DNA from: Glaucostegus cemiculus
Taxonomy: Eukaryota
DNA: 64,000 bases
Direction: 5' to 3'
Assembly (NCBI GenBank): GCA_976551045.1
Contig: CDPCPM010000479.1
Coordinates: 62,001 to 126,000 of the forward strand
Part shown: piece by piece, positions 36,277-47,450 of the stretch
Layout of the letters: every line of letters begins with the position of its first letter
Position numbering within the stretch: position 1 is the stretch's first letter
Program-made: the position numbers and the translations under genes
Notes under the pieces: generated by a model
Databases searched by the model: none
What the model was told of the DNA's origin: nothing
The model's input: the letters and a program-made list of their open reading frames with translations, nothing else

Positions 36277-38382
36277 TTGTCGTTCACCCTCTCGTGTTAT
36301 TATAAATAACGCAGAAACTACAAGGTAAACCTGTTTCAAGTGTGGCCCTTCCTCTAAGCAGAATTCTCAATCCTAGTTAGTTTGACAGCTTTATGTAACT
36401 GTTCGCCCCAGGTTGGTTAAAGATAATTGCTTCCCTCTCTGATATTGTTGCTCTACCATATCTCCAGACAGGCTTCACCAGCTCCTCCTTAAAGCCCAGA
36501 TTGGAGAGTCGTTTGAGTGAGTTTTAGGAGTAATTACAGCCCTCCCCCCCTCTCTCCCCCATCCCCCTCCCCCTCCTTCACCCTGCCTGAATCTGTATTG
36601 TGTGGTCTCTTCTGGGACGGAACCAAAGCGATTTCTTAACTGAGGCGGTTGGCGAAGTCCTTAACACCCAAACTAGAGGACAGATTCAACTTGATAACTG
36701 TTGCTTAAAAGTAGGTTCTCGGTCTAGGTACAGACACGTCTATTGCTACTAACCTTGGGCAATGGAGAGAACGCGGGGGCCGTGTGAGAGTGTCTCAGTG
36801 ACAGGTGGCTGCTTAATCCAAAAGCAAACTCGCGTGATTAAAAAAGCTGCTATTTCTAATTATTTTCCGAACTGTGTAGGTGTTAACAGGACGATAGGAA
36901 ATTGGATATTGCAACGTGTGGTACCTACAGTCAGACCCTACTGTTCAGACACTGATTATTCTTTTATCCAAAAGAATAATCGTTCTTACTTTTGGTTCAA
37001 TTAGAACCAACTGAACGCAGGTGAAAGCAAACAGTGCAGGAATGGGCAGGGAACGTGCACAATAAATGTCGCATTTCATATAAAATCCAACGAAATCTCG
37101 CGTGCAGTGGGTTTGGTTGTGGACACACACTCTTTGGGGAAGGGCGTCTACCCCAATGCTCGTCCATCCAGATGTGGTTGACATTGGATCGTCTTGCCTC
37201 TGGGACTGGTTAAGTTGAGTTGATCATCCGGCTTGGTGGCCGCCTCTCTAAGGTGCAGTTTTCGAGATAGTTTGGATTGAGCTGATGTTCTTTGTTTTGA
37301 TTTTAAAGCAGTATAGGATGTTTATTTTAAATCCTGATTATTTATTTAAATTTATTTTGGCAGAGTCCTCCCCCGTGTGTTACCCCTGGGGCATCTGCTG
37401 TGTGGCGCACATCTGCAATAGTTTTCGGGAGAAATGATTGTGCGGCGCCTTCTGTCAATGTTCTCGCTTTTTCACTAGCATTACCCTGTACCCCGCGTGG
37501 TCTTGAGACTGAGCAATTTTGACCTTCTAGCTCGTTTGATACAGTTTAGAATAGTTTACTATTCGATTGATTCTGACATTATAAAAACTCCCCATTAAAT
37601 CATGGACAGAGAGAATGTTCAGCCTTTCAAGATCATTCTTTCCTTCATATCAGAATTTTTGCTGGATTTCCATTTACTGTCCCTGCTAAGCGTTTTGTCG
37701 TGTGTTAATTGAGCGTAGTTCCATCCACTACTCTGCCACCCCAGGCCCCTGTATCTAGAGGTTAGAGCCGTCGCTACGCGGGTGGGATTTTCTACCTGTG
37801 GTTATTTTTTAAATCCCATTCGCCTCCAAACAAGACCCTGGTCATCTGTCGGGCACCTAAGAGTTGGCTCGCACTTTCCTCGCCCCACCTCAGGCAACTG
37901 GTAACATTTAGAGCACCCTCAAGCCTCACTCCCCGACCGTTCTCCCTCCCCTGCCCCATCTCCTCCCCCTCCACTCCCCCTCCCTCCCCATGTCAGTACC
38001 TCACCCCAAGTTCCTATCCCTTAGTCCTACTTGGTGAGATGCTGGTGAGGTTAATAACGCTCTCTCAGTGGAGCCGCTCTGATCCATAATTGCCCGTGCA
38101 AGTTCCTGACTCGTTCGGACTTTCTTTGTGTGTGTGCAAGGGACAACTCTCATTTTGAGCCGGTGTATTTCTGTAACCTGTGTGCTTGCTCCCAGGCTCT
38201 GTGAGTGGTTGAGGGCGGCGCTAGTCACTTTCGGCCGGAGATGGGCTGATTTTCACCCCCACGCCAGCAATATCTAAATCAAATGCCTCCTCGTGTGCTC
38301 TTGTGGTCGGCGTGCTAGTTTATGACCACCGCCCGGTGTGTTTATTTCTTATTACTAATTAGTTGTGGTTCTGCTGGTCTCA

Positions 38383-38664
<282 letters not shown>

Positions 38665-39120
38665 CTAATGTGGCCAAGTTCAGCCGCCACCCCATGCCCG
38701 CAGTTCATTCCATTGCAAGCTCCCAGATTGTGGTCGGGAGATCCCGGAGAAGATTTCCCTCTCCTCTGGGACTTTGCTCGTATACACTCTTACACACAAC
38801 GTTATGTTGTCAAACTTCGATCATCGTCAGCAATAAATCATGACCGAGAACAGTAATAACTATTGGGAGAAAGCCCGAGACTGTCGGCTTCCCTTAAAGT
38901 GATCGCATAATCTTGGCTGCTCTGCATTCAAGATGTGTGTGTGTGTGGGGAGGGGGTGGGGGTGGGGGTGGGTGTTCGTTCTGGACTCACAGCTGGGAGC
39001 CTGGTTAGTTCTTCCAACACCTAAAACAGGCCGGCACCCTCTTCCATCCTTCTCCCCAAGCGGCGAGTTGGACTCCCTCCCACTATCCACAACCTACATT
39101 CTAATTACTGGAGAATTCAC

Positions 39121-39296
39121 NNNNNNNNNNNNNNNNNNNNNNNNNNNNNNNNNNNNNNNNNNNNNNNNNNNNNNNNNNNNNNNNNNNNNNNNNNNNNNNN
39201 NNNNNNNNNNNNNNNNNNNNNNNNNNNNNNNNNNNNNNNNNNNNNNNNNNNNNNNNNNNNNNNNNNNNNNNNNNNNNNNNNNNNNNNNNNNNNNNN
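39121..39296. other. Assembly gap (176 N) in BARHL1 intron 1
   Basis: N run. Confidence 1.
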
Positions 39297-42200
39297 AAGG
39301 AAATGTTTCTTTTCTCTGTCTGTTATTATGAGATGACACATTAATTAAAAAAAAGGTTGCTTGAGTTAAAAAGACGCCAGGACCGCTGAGCAGCGGATCT
39401 AGGCCATTCAGGAGGCGTCAGTGATATTGTTGTTCCCGAGTTAATAGCTGGAGTCGTGCTGTGCCGGCAGGTATGATAGAAAGGGCACGTCTAGTAGGTC
39501 TTTGTTTGCGTTTACCGAGAGGGGTTTGTTGTTAAGAGGGAAGGGACGAAGGAGCAGAAAGGGGAGAAGATACTCGGATCTAATTCCACGGGCCAGGAAG
39601 GAAATAATCCATTTAATTGAGTCACCAGGGAAGCTCTCAGAGCCGACCGAAGCAGCAAGCCGGCCGATTAGACACTCAGCCTTCGAACTACCCCTTACAA
39701 AAAAAAACTGATCACAGGATTACCCTGCAAATTTACACCGATTGCTTGAAGCTGACTGTGTCAATTAGGCGCAGAAAACTGGGGGGATCCCGTACACGGC
39801 AGCTCCATTTAACTCGTGTTTTACAAATTAGATCCCACCTCTCCCCTTCAGAAACGAACAAAGCCGATTAACGCCAGAATCCTAACGCCAGAAATAAAAC
39901 TGATCATAGGATTATTCCGCAAATTAAAGTGAAACCTTAACAGGGCGGGTTAGCAAACATTATAATGTGGTGTTCCGTCCTTAGACTCGGAGGTGAACTG
40001 CAAAATATTCCGCTTAAATCCTAACTCTACTCTCTAGCTGGAAGCGACTGGTAATATCTGTAGCTGTGCTCTCTGTTCTTTCATACTTCGGGAAATCTAT
40101 GGCTAGTAATGCGTTTACCAGGACGTAATAAGACTTCTAATGCCCGTGAACATACAAACACAGCCAGATGCCAGCATTTCTCCCCCCCCAAACTGACTGC
40201 ACTAAGCAATTCATTGCCGGCTCTAACTGTCCACGCTGACACAGTTCACGCACAGTTAAAGTTTTACACATTTAGGGGCAATCAGAACGAGTGAACACAG
40301 AAAGAGCCTGCCTAATTCACGGTGTGCACGGGGCTCCAACAGAGGCGAGTCCGCAGTGAAAGGACCTTTTCTCATTTCCATCACGACAGCAGTTCTCAGT
40401 CAATGTGTACTCGGTAGGGTTAACGTGCGCGGAAAAAGCACCGACAATGCCAGAGCACCGCAGGCAGATATATAGGGTTAAAGAAAGCAGCCTCTCCAAA
40501 CTTCAAGTAACTCTTATTGGATTTCACCAAGGGAAGTGCCCGCTCTATAGGGCCTGATTCTTAAGGTTTCATTTACCGGATTGATTGCAATAATTTGGTT
40601 TAGCGACCATGGATAGAGGTGAATATCGTCTAGAGACAATAAAACTCATATTGTCTGTGAACATGCAGATAGGTTCAGATACCAATATATTCGTTTTATC
40701 TATTTTAGTCATGTACCAGAACTCCAGAAAATCTAGGTTTTATTCAGTTAATTTAAAATAAAATCACACACCGAGTCTTTCTGTGTGCAATGTATCAGCT
40801 CACGAACCGGTAAGAACACGACACATGGACATGTGGGCGTTACATCAACTGCCGTGATCCCAGTAAAAATTATGAAATTGTAACTTAATTGCACTGGTTA
40901 TCCGGAACCTGGCCATGGGACCGATTCCACAATAAACATTTCGTTTCAGTATGAAGCAGAAGGCGATGTGGCTAGACAAGTAGGCTGGTCACATTTACTT
41001 AAGAGTCCAAAGATTCCCTTTCAAAGCTTTCGAAACATCTGGATTATTTAGCAGATTTTCATCTTTTTAGAACAGTTAATTTTAAAACATGAAATGGGAA
41101 AATAAACAGGAAAATATACTTTTGAAAGCTAATCAAAGATGTAAAGTTTTCTTCCCAAATAAATATATATGTAATACTCTCGTTTCAAAGAGTTTAATTT
41201 TCGAGTTGTATTTAAAAAAAAGACAAGAAACTTCAATTAAAGTTTAGACTGCAGTTCCCTGACTTCAAGGGTCGACGCTACGATGAATAAAAATCGTCTT
41301 ACATCTGAAAACCGGGCACCAAACTAAACCTGCAGCTACGGAAATTGAAATCTAGTTTCCCGGGAACGGTTACATTCTCTTCAGCTATTGAGATTGACAT
41401 TGGAAACTTTGCCGATTTCTCGCCAGTCTCTTTTTGTCATGTTACAACGAGTTCCGGTCCAGTATAACTTATGGTCTAATGCGATTCTTTTGATTTATGT
41501 TAAGTTGCACCAACCTTGACAGGCTATCGTTTCAGAATGACATTCGTTTATTCATGTCTTTCAGCTGATTAAATGTTACTGACGCTGTTTAAAGTCTCAT
41601 GCGCTGGGGAGCAGGTGAGACTCAATCGTCTCTATTTTTTTTAGGTTTGCTATCTGTACTTTTTATAACTCTCCCTCCCACACAGATACATCTTTACTTA
41701 TTGATGGCGGGTTTGCAGTAAACTCAAAATCATTCCGGCGCTGATAAATAAATTCTGACGGTTGAGAATATCTGTCTGGTGCCAATGCTCTCTCAACTTC
41801 ACACCTCCCAGATACCAGTTTGTCTGAGTAAATCTTCCTGACCTTATTCGCCGTTACCAGTTTTTTTTTACTGTATCTGCTCACTTTCGACCTGTAAGAT
41901 TTTAATATGGGAAATATCTGTTTTTACCCGAAGTCAATACCCGATATCCTCACTTAACTCTGCTTTTATGTTAACAAAATCAATATAAGTATCTTAAAAA
42001 CTTTTAGCTCCTTAGTTTCTCTTTAGTCTGTAGCTCACAGGTTCCCAATCGCAGAATAACATGGTCCACGTACAATAGAATTTCGCGTTTTATTTTTGGA
42101 CAGAACTTCCTTTGATTGACATTTGATTTAATTCACAACAACTGGGCAATGACCAACTTTGCTAATACAATGCCGCACAAGCGCGACTAAGTGTGTTTAT

Positions 42201-43063
42201 TTTAAGGACCTGTTTTAAATCTTCCCGTTCTATTAAGATCTGTCACTCGCTTTTTACATAATCCAGGAAACGGCGCATTGATGAACAAGAAAACACTGGA
42301 CCCTGAAATGACCATATCATAGATAAATGCTATTTCCTGAAAGTAACAATTTACATTTTCAGACCACCAACTCCAAATAAAAATAAAATTGTTATTTTAA
42401 ATTCACGTATTGTCTGGGAGATGTCACTATATCTGCACCTTGGCAGACAACCCATTTGGGAACATTTGCTTATTAATGCAATGTGGAGGAAATTGTCAAC
42501 TATCTTCCCGCATCGTTCTGTTTTGAATTATTCTTTTACTAAGTGATTCGGATGTAAGCTACTGCCGCGGTCTCCCGCACACTCTCGGGGTCAGACCGCC
42601 TGTACAGTGATCATCGGCGGATTGACTCTTCACCGCTGACTTTGGCCCGAAAGTGCGAAGTTGGTGGTTAGAGGGATTGGAACAAAAGGTTCGGATATCG
42701 CGGATACCGAACTCGACGTGGCTTCAGTGTGAAAGCCGGTTGTTCGGGTGTTCAGTCGCGGGAATGAATCAAGTTCTGCCTTGCTACTGTGTATAAAAAA
42801 AACCATCGCATAATACCTGAAGGATCTGCCCGATAAATAAGAAAGCAAACGCACTCAGAAAGGACAATATTCTAGCTCAGTCCGCTGCAGCTGTCCAGAC
42901 TGTGAGGTTTTTATATTTAGAGGAACAAGGGATAGTCTTATTCTGAAGTTCCCTACACTCTGAGCTTTCAGCTGCTACTTATTCTATCTTGTATCCCTTC
43001 CCACCCCCAGAAATCCTGTCCTGTCATTTAGTATTTGCCGGGACTGACCTCCTTTCGGCTTAC

Positions 43064-43514
43064 CTTTATATTCCGTGTCCGAGGAAGAATTCTCTCTTTT
43101 GTCCAGTTTCTCTCTGAATTCCTCGCCCTGTTTATGCGCCGTTTCCTGGGCAGCCTGACCGCTGCTGGAATACGGGGCACAGGCCGCCAAAGGTTTGCAC
43201 TCGCCCAGTATGTCTCTGATGAGGAAGGAGGAGGTGGCAGTTCTGGGCTGGGCGACGGCACACAACTGCCCCGGATGCGGCTGAGACTCGAGCCCGCCAG
43301 CGGCGCCCGGCAGGGGCGGAGGCGTCTCGCCGCACTCGGTCCCGGGCGAGGAAGGGGAATCCTGCTCGCTGCCCATGTCCGACACTGGGCTCAGGCCGCC
43401 TTTCATCTCCGAGGGTGACCTGCAGTCTCCTATCAACGAGTCTCCTTTGGCCAGGACCGGGCTGACTGGCCTGTGGGATAAGATCGAGTCAATCCCAAAA
43501 CTGGAGCCTTCCAT
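43064..43514 (-). CDS. BARHL1: BarH-like homeobox 1, coding exon 1
   Basis: ATG at 43514 gives MEGSSFGIDSILSHRP...SSFLIRDILGECKPLAACAPYSS...SSSDTEYK, with two FIL/eh1 motifs (FGIDSIL, FLIRDIL). Donor G|gtaag after 43064 (451 nt, phase 1). Confidence 0.95.
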
Positions 43515-43712
43515 GCCTAACTTTAAATGGTCATTTGGAACAAAATTGACTGAAACTAGGCGGTGAAATCCTCCCGCTTCCAAACAACTATCCGGAGCAA
43601 CGAACCCTTCACTGAAACCTCCAGAAGAAAGTTGGTGCAAAATCTGGATCTCTTTGTGGCTTGAAACTGTGGCTAGGTTCTAGTTCAGAGGACGTTTGGA
43701 TGGCCAATGCGT

Positions 43713-43733
43713 TTCAGCACCGTGGACAGGGGC
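43713..43733 (+). promoter_or_regulatory. REST/NRSF RE1 silencer element in the BARHL1 leader region
   Basis: TTCAGCACCGTGGACAGGGGC versus consensus TTCAGCACCACGGACAGCGCC. Both half-site cores are intact with the canonical 2-nt spacer. Confidence 0.8.
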
Positions 43734-43839
43734 AGCCTGTTCCTCGAAGGGCCGCTCTCCGCACACCAGACTTCCACCTCCCCCTGACACTTTTGGACTA
43801 CAATGTACTTCTGTCACTTTGCAAGGGATTTTTTTCCTC

Positions 43840-43920
43840 TCTCTCTTTTTTTAATGCGTCTGTAACACGTGCCTGGGCGAAGGCGCCTCTGATTGGGGCT
43901 TCTCCCTGACATCACCGTGA
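43840..43920 (-). promoter_or_regulatory. Probable BARHL1 proximal promoter
   Basis: CCAAT box (gattgg 43891-43896), CACGTG E-box 43866-43871 and CRE-like TGACATCA near 43907-43914, in CpG-rich sequence about 350-400 nt upstream of the ATG. The TSS cannot be determined from sequence. Confidence 0.55.
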
Positions 43921-44705
43921 CTACAGAACCGACCCCTGTTAGCCGAAATGAGAAGAATCAGAAATGAATGACGCCAAGAACGGTCCACTTGCCGGAAGTT
44001 TCCGCAGACTGTTCAGATAATGATGGATGGGGGGCGGGGGGTGGGGTGCTGGGTGCTGGGAGACTTCTCCTCTGCAACATTTTGCTTCAGTTTACCGCAG
44101 TTTCGTGGGGAATGAGGAGTTTTAATGAAGTTGCAGGGTGCGGAAGGCACACGTAGTACAGCCTGCGGCCGGGCTTCAGGGAAGTTCAGGGTTCACTGTC
44201 CTTAAGTGATTTCGGTCTGAGTTCGGGATAAGTATTCGAACAATATCTCTGCAGGTGTCGGCGGCGGTTGGCACCGGACAGCGTTCACGGTTGAGGATAG
44301 TAAATATTGCGTTGACATTTGACGTACAACCCCCTACACTTCCCAGCCAATTCCAGCGGTCACCACAGTTAAAGAGCCGGTGTATTTTAAGGGCTTAAAC
44401 TGACTTTATGTAATTATTCCTCCCATCCTGACCAAGATACATCAATATTTTAATCAGGAAATAAAGTGAAATTACGAACAGATACACGACAGCATAATCC
44501 CTCATTTCAAAATACATTAATGACAGTAACAACTATTTTATGATGATACATTATTCACGGCGATGAACATCTTCTGCGACTCTGATGAGATGAAACTGAG
44601 TCTAGATAATATCGGTAGGGACACGGTGCCTCCTATTCCGTTTTAATAAACGCGTGGATCAGCATTCCAGACGGCCCCGTCTATAACCGGGGCATTCAGA
44701 TTCTG

Positions 44706-44836
44706 NNNNNNNNNNNNNNNNNNNNNNNNNNNNNNNNNNNNNNNNNNNNNNNNNNNNNNNNNNNNNNNNNNNNNNNNNNNNNNNNNNNNNNNNNNNNNNN
44801 NNNNNNNNNNNNNNNNNNNNNNNNNNNNNNNNNNNN
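44706..44836. other. Assembly gap (131 N)
   Basis: N run. Confidence 1.
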
Positions 44837-45458
44837 AGTGTATGATTAGACAGGGAGAGTCTGAAATGTAAATGTTCCAGATTGGTTCCAGTGCACAAGC
44901 AGTTGTTACACTTGGACTGATTACAGATATGGTCCTTCTCAAACACGCCACTTTAAGCAGATCTCACTGCATGGAACAGAATCTTACTACTTACGTTTTG
45001 AAATCGGTCATTATGTCAGCTTTCACCTCCCAGCACAGCCGTTACTGTTTTCAGTAAAACTTATTGCTTCGTTTCTATGTTTGTTTGTTTGTTTCTTTTT
45101 TTAATGTGACGTGCACCTTGACCTGTGGAGTACGGTATTTCGCTCCTATGCATACTGTATGTGTATATGGTAGTGACAATAAAACTGATTCTGTGTATGT
45201 CTGCCCGACCGCAGGATTGTAAATCGCTTTGTTTAAATCTGTTCCCCCCCTCTTTCTGGAGGTTCGTTGTGACTTTTTTAAATTGCGCTCTCTCTCTCTT
45301 TTCCTGTCTGATTTCTCATTTATTTTGCTGACTTTCAAATAATCAGCAAAGTCTTCCCCTTCAGAAACTTCCCGCTGTTCCCACCGTAGCTCCAGATTGT
45401 TTTACCAGGGACATAACGGGGGAGACGGCTGGCAACAGGTACTTCAACTGGTAGAAGG

Positions 45459-45610
45459 TGCACTCGCCTGGGGGACGAGTTGGTCCTCAATACATTCGCC
45501 CGAAGAGTTAGCTAGACACAGCTACTTTCACTAGGCGAGTTAGCTGGTACCAAGCGCATTTACCAGGGAGTTAGTTAATATCAAGTACACTCACCCAGTG
45601 AATTAATTTG
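45459..45610. repeat. Degenerate minisatellite, about 5 units of about 31 bp
   Basis: Units resemble tacactcgccNggcgagttagctggtaccaag. Confidence 0.6.
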
Positions 45611-47199
45611 TGTCTGACACATTCAGCAGTAACTTTCCCCGGGATCTCTCAAACCCAAGGAGAGGGATTAGGGTCCAGGACTGTGCGCGGTCGGAGATGG
45701 ATGTAATCCGTTTTGTCCTTGGGCATTCCAGGAAAATCAGGTTAGACGGTCCGAGTGCGAGCACGGGGCGCGCTCACGGCGAAGGAGAGAACTTCCGAGT
45801 GTAAACCCCACGGTGAGTAAGGCAGAAGTTCTGGAACAGCGCTGCGTCGCGACCCCTTCCCCTAGACATTCAGACTCCACTGGTTTAGGTCTGTTGTTCA
45901 CCCGATGTTCTGTCCTTTACAATATGTTCTAAAGCAAAGTATGGCAGGATTGTTCAGGAACACCAAAACTATCCACGAGTACGCAACTAAATATATAATT
46001 TATATAATTGTCTGATATTTTCTCCATTTCTATTTTGCCCCAAATTCCACCGTTGATAACGCCCGTTGTTTCCCACTACTTTGTCCGCCTGAATGCGCAA
46101 ACGATCTTGGATGTTTAATATGTACACTCTGTATGTGAATATACAAGGCGTACATTTCTTGCGTTTGGATAATCTATTACTTTATTTGCAGATTACAGAC
46201 AGACGTCCTGTTTCTCCGTCCGTCGACCTCCGTCATTACTCGGCGGGTTTACCTTAGTTTACAGGTGTGTTTCGGTGTAGTTACACTCACTGTTACCGGT
46301 CATTACACAACCTCACATCTCATTCGCGTACAATAAGGCGTGACTGAATTTGTTAACAGTTTGCCTGGTGGTCGCGCTGATATCAAAGTTTGGAAGGTCG
46401 CCGCTCTGGCGCACTGTCCCATTCAGTTAGAGAAATACTTGGTACTTGCTTCGATTCTGAGCGAACAGCGAATGGTCAAAGTGGACTAGCCTCGTCCACC
46501 GTCCCCCCACCTCCCAATCCAGCAGAAGTAAACTGACAAAATTGCAGAAATTAGAAGTGTTTATACTTTTCAGGATTACCTTCACACACCGATTCCGCCT
46601 GTCACCCTCGCTCCCACTTACAAGAAGCGACTTTTAACCTTTGTATTACAACAATCCTAGATGTGAACAAGCCTATGAACGCCAGTCCACGGATCCACCG
46701 TGCCGCTTAGAAGAGGCCGCTCGGCCTATTCCATCCGTGCTGGTTTAGAAATAACTGTTTAGGCTAATTCCAGTTCCCAACTCGTTCTGTAGCCCCCGGG
46801 GTTACTGTACATCAAGAGCTGCCTCAACCGCGCTGTGAGCTGGAGACCGCACAGGTTGACTTCTCTCCCCTCAATTCCCCCTCCGATCCTTTCACTTTGT
46901 CGGTTACTCCTTCCTTACTATCTCTGAAAATGTTGAAAGCGCTTTGGGGAACTCGCTTGGCAGCGAACTTTAGTGTTTGGGTGGGTAAAGTTCCGAACGA
47001 GGACAGACTCAGGTTACATTTTCCAAGTGTCATGAAATGCACGGTCTTACCCCGCTGCTGAGCGCCGACGCGAAGCTCCCGATGGTCGAACTGTCAGGAG
47101 CATTCGAGAGTCTGAATCTCAAATAATGCCGGCAGAGAGGCTGTAGTGGACAGACAGACAGACAGACACCGATCAGCCGCCGCCCGCCACCTGTGCACC

Positions 47200-47450
47200 A
47201 GGTGTGAAGTAGGTGGGTGGGACATCAGGGGATGTTGGAGTGGGTGTGCTGGGGGAAATAAGCTAAAGGTTTTGCAGCGAGTTGCAGGAATCCGGAAAGC
47301 ATCACCTGAGAGGGAATGGCAAGGAATTCTACTGAAAGTTTTAAAGGAATTGGCGATATGTTTGAAGGAGATTTGCAGAACGTAGAGTGGAGAGCGACTG
47401 ATCGGAGAGTTAACCAGCACCGGTTCGATGGACCGAGTGGCAGCTTCCCT
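47200..47450 (+). mobile_element. CR1 ORF2 internal relic
   Basis: GIRKASPEREWQGILLKVLKELA resembles the CR1 motif K.PGPDGI.P.VLKELA; gagtggagag...gagttaac resembles DWR.ANV. Confidence 0.45.

Noticed and set aside
43515-43640. ORF-track N-terminal extension of BARHL1 from TTG
   Set aside because: Homology begins at MEGS (43514). Kept only as a weak possibility under the uORF finding.
44578-44605. CTGATGA-gat-GAAAC-tga-GTC hammerhead look-alike
   Set aside because: There is no stem II and no stem I pairing; probably chance.
45459-45610. CRISPR-like repeat array
   Set aside because: Eukaryotic context, tandem diverged units with no unique spacers, and no cas genes.
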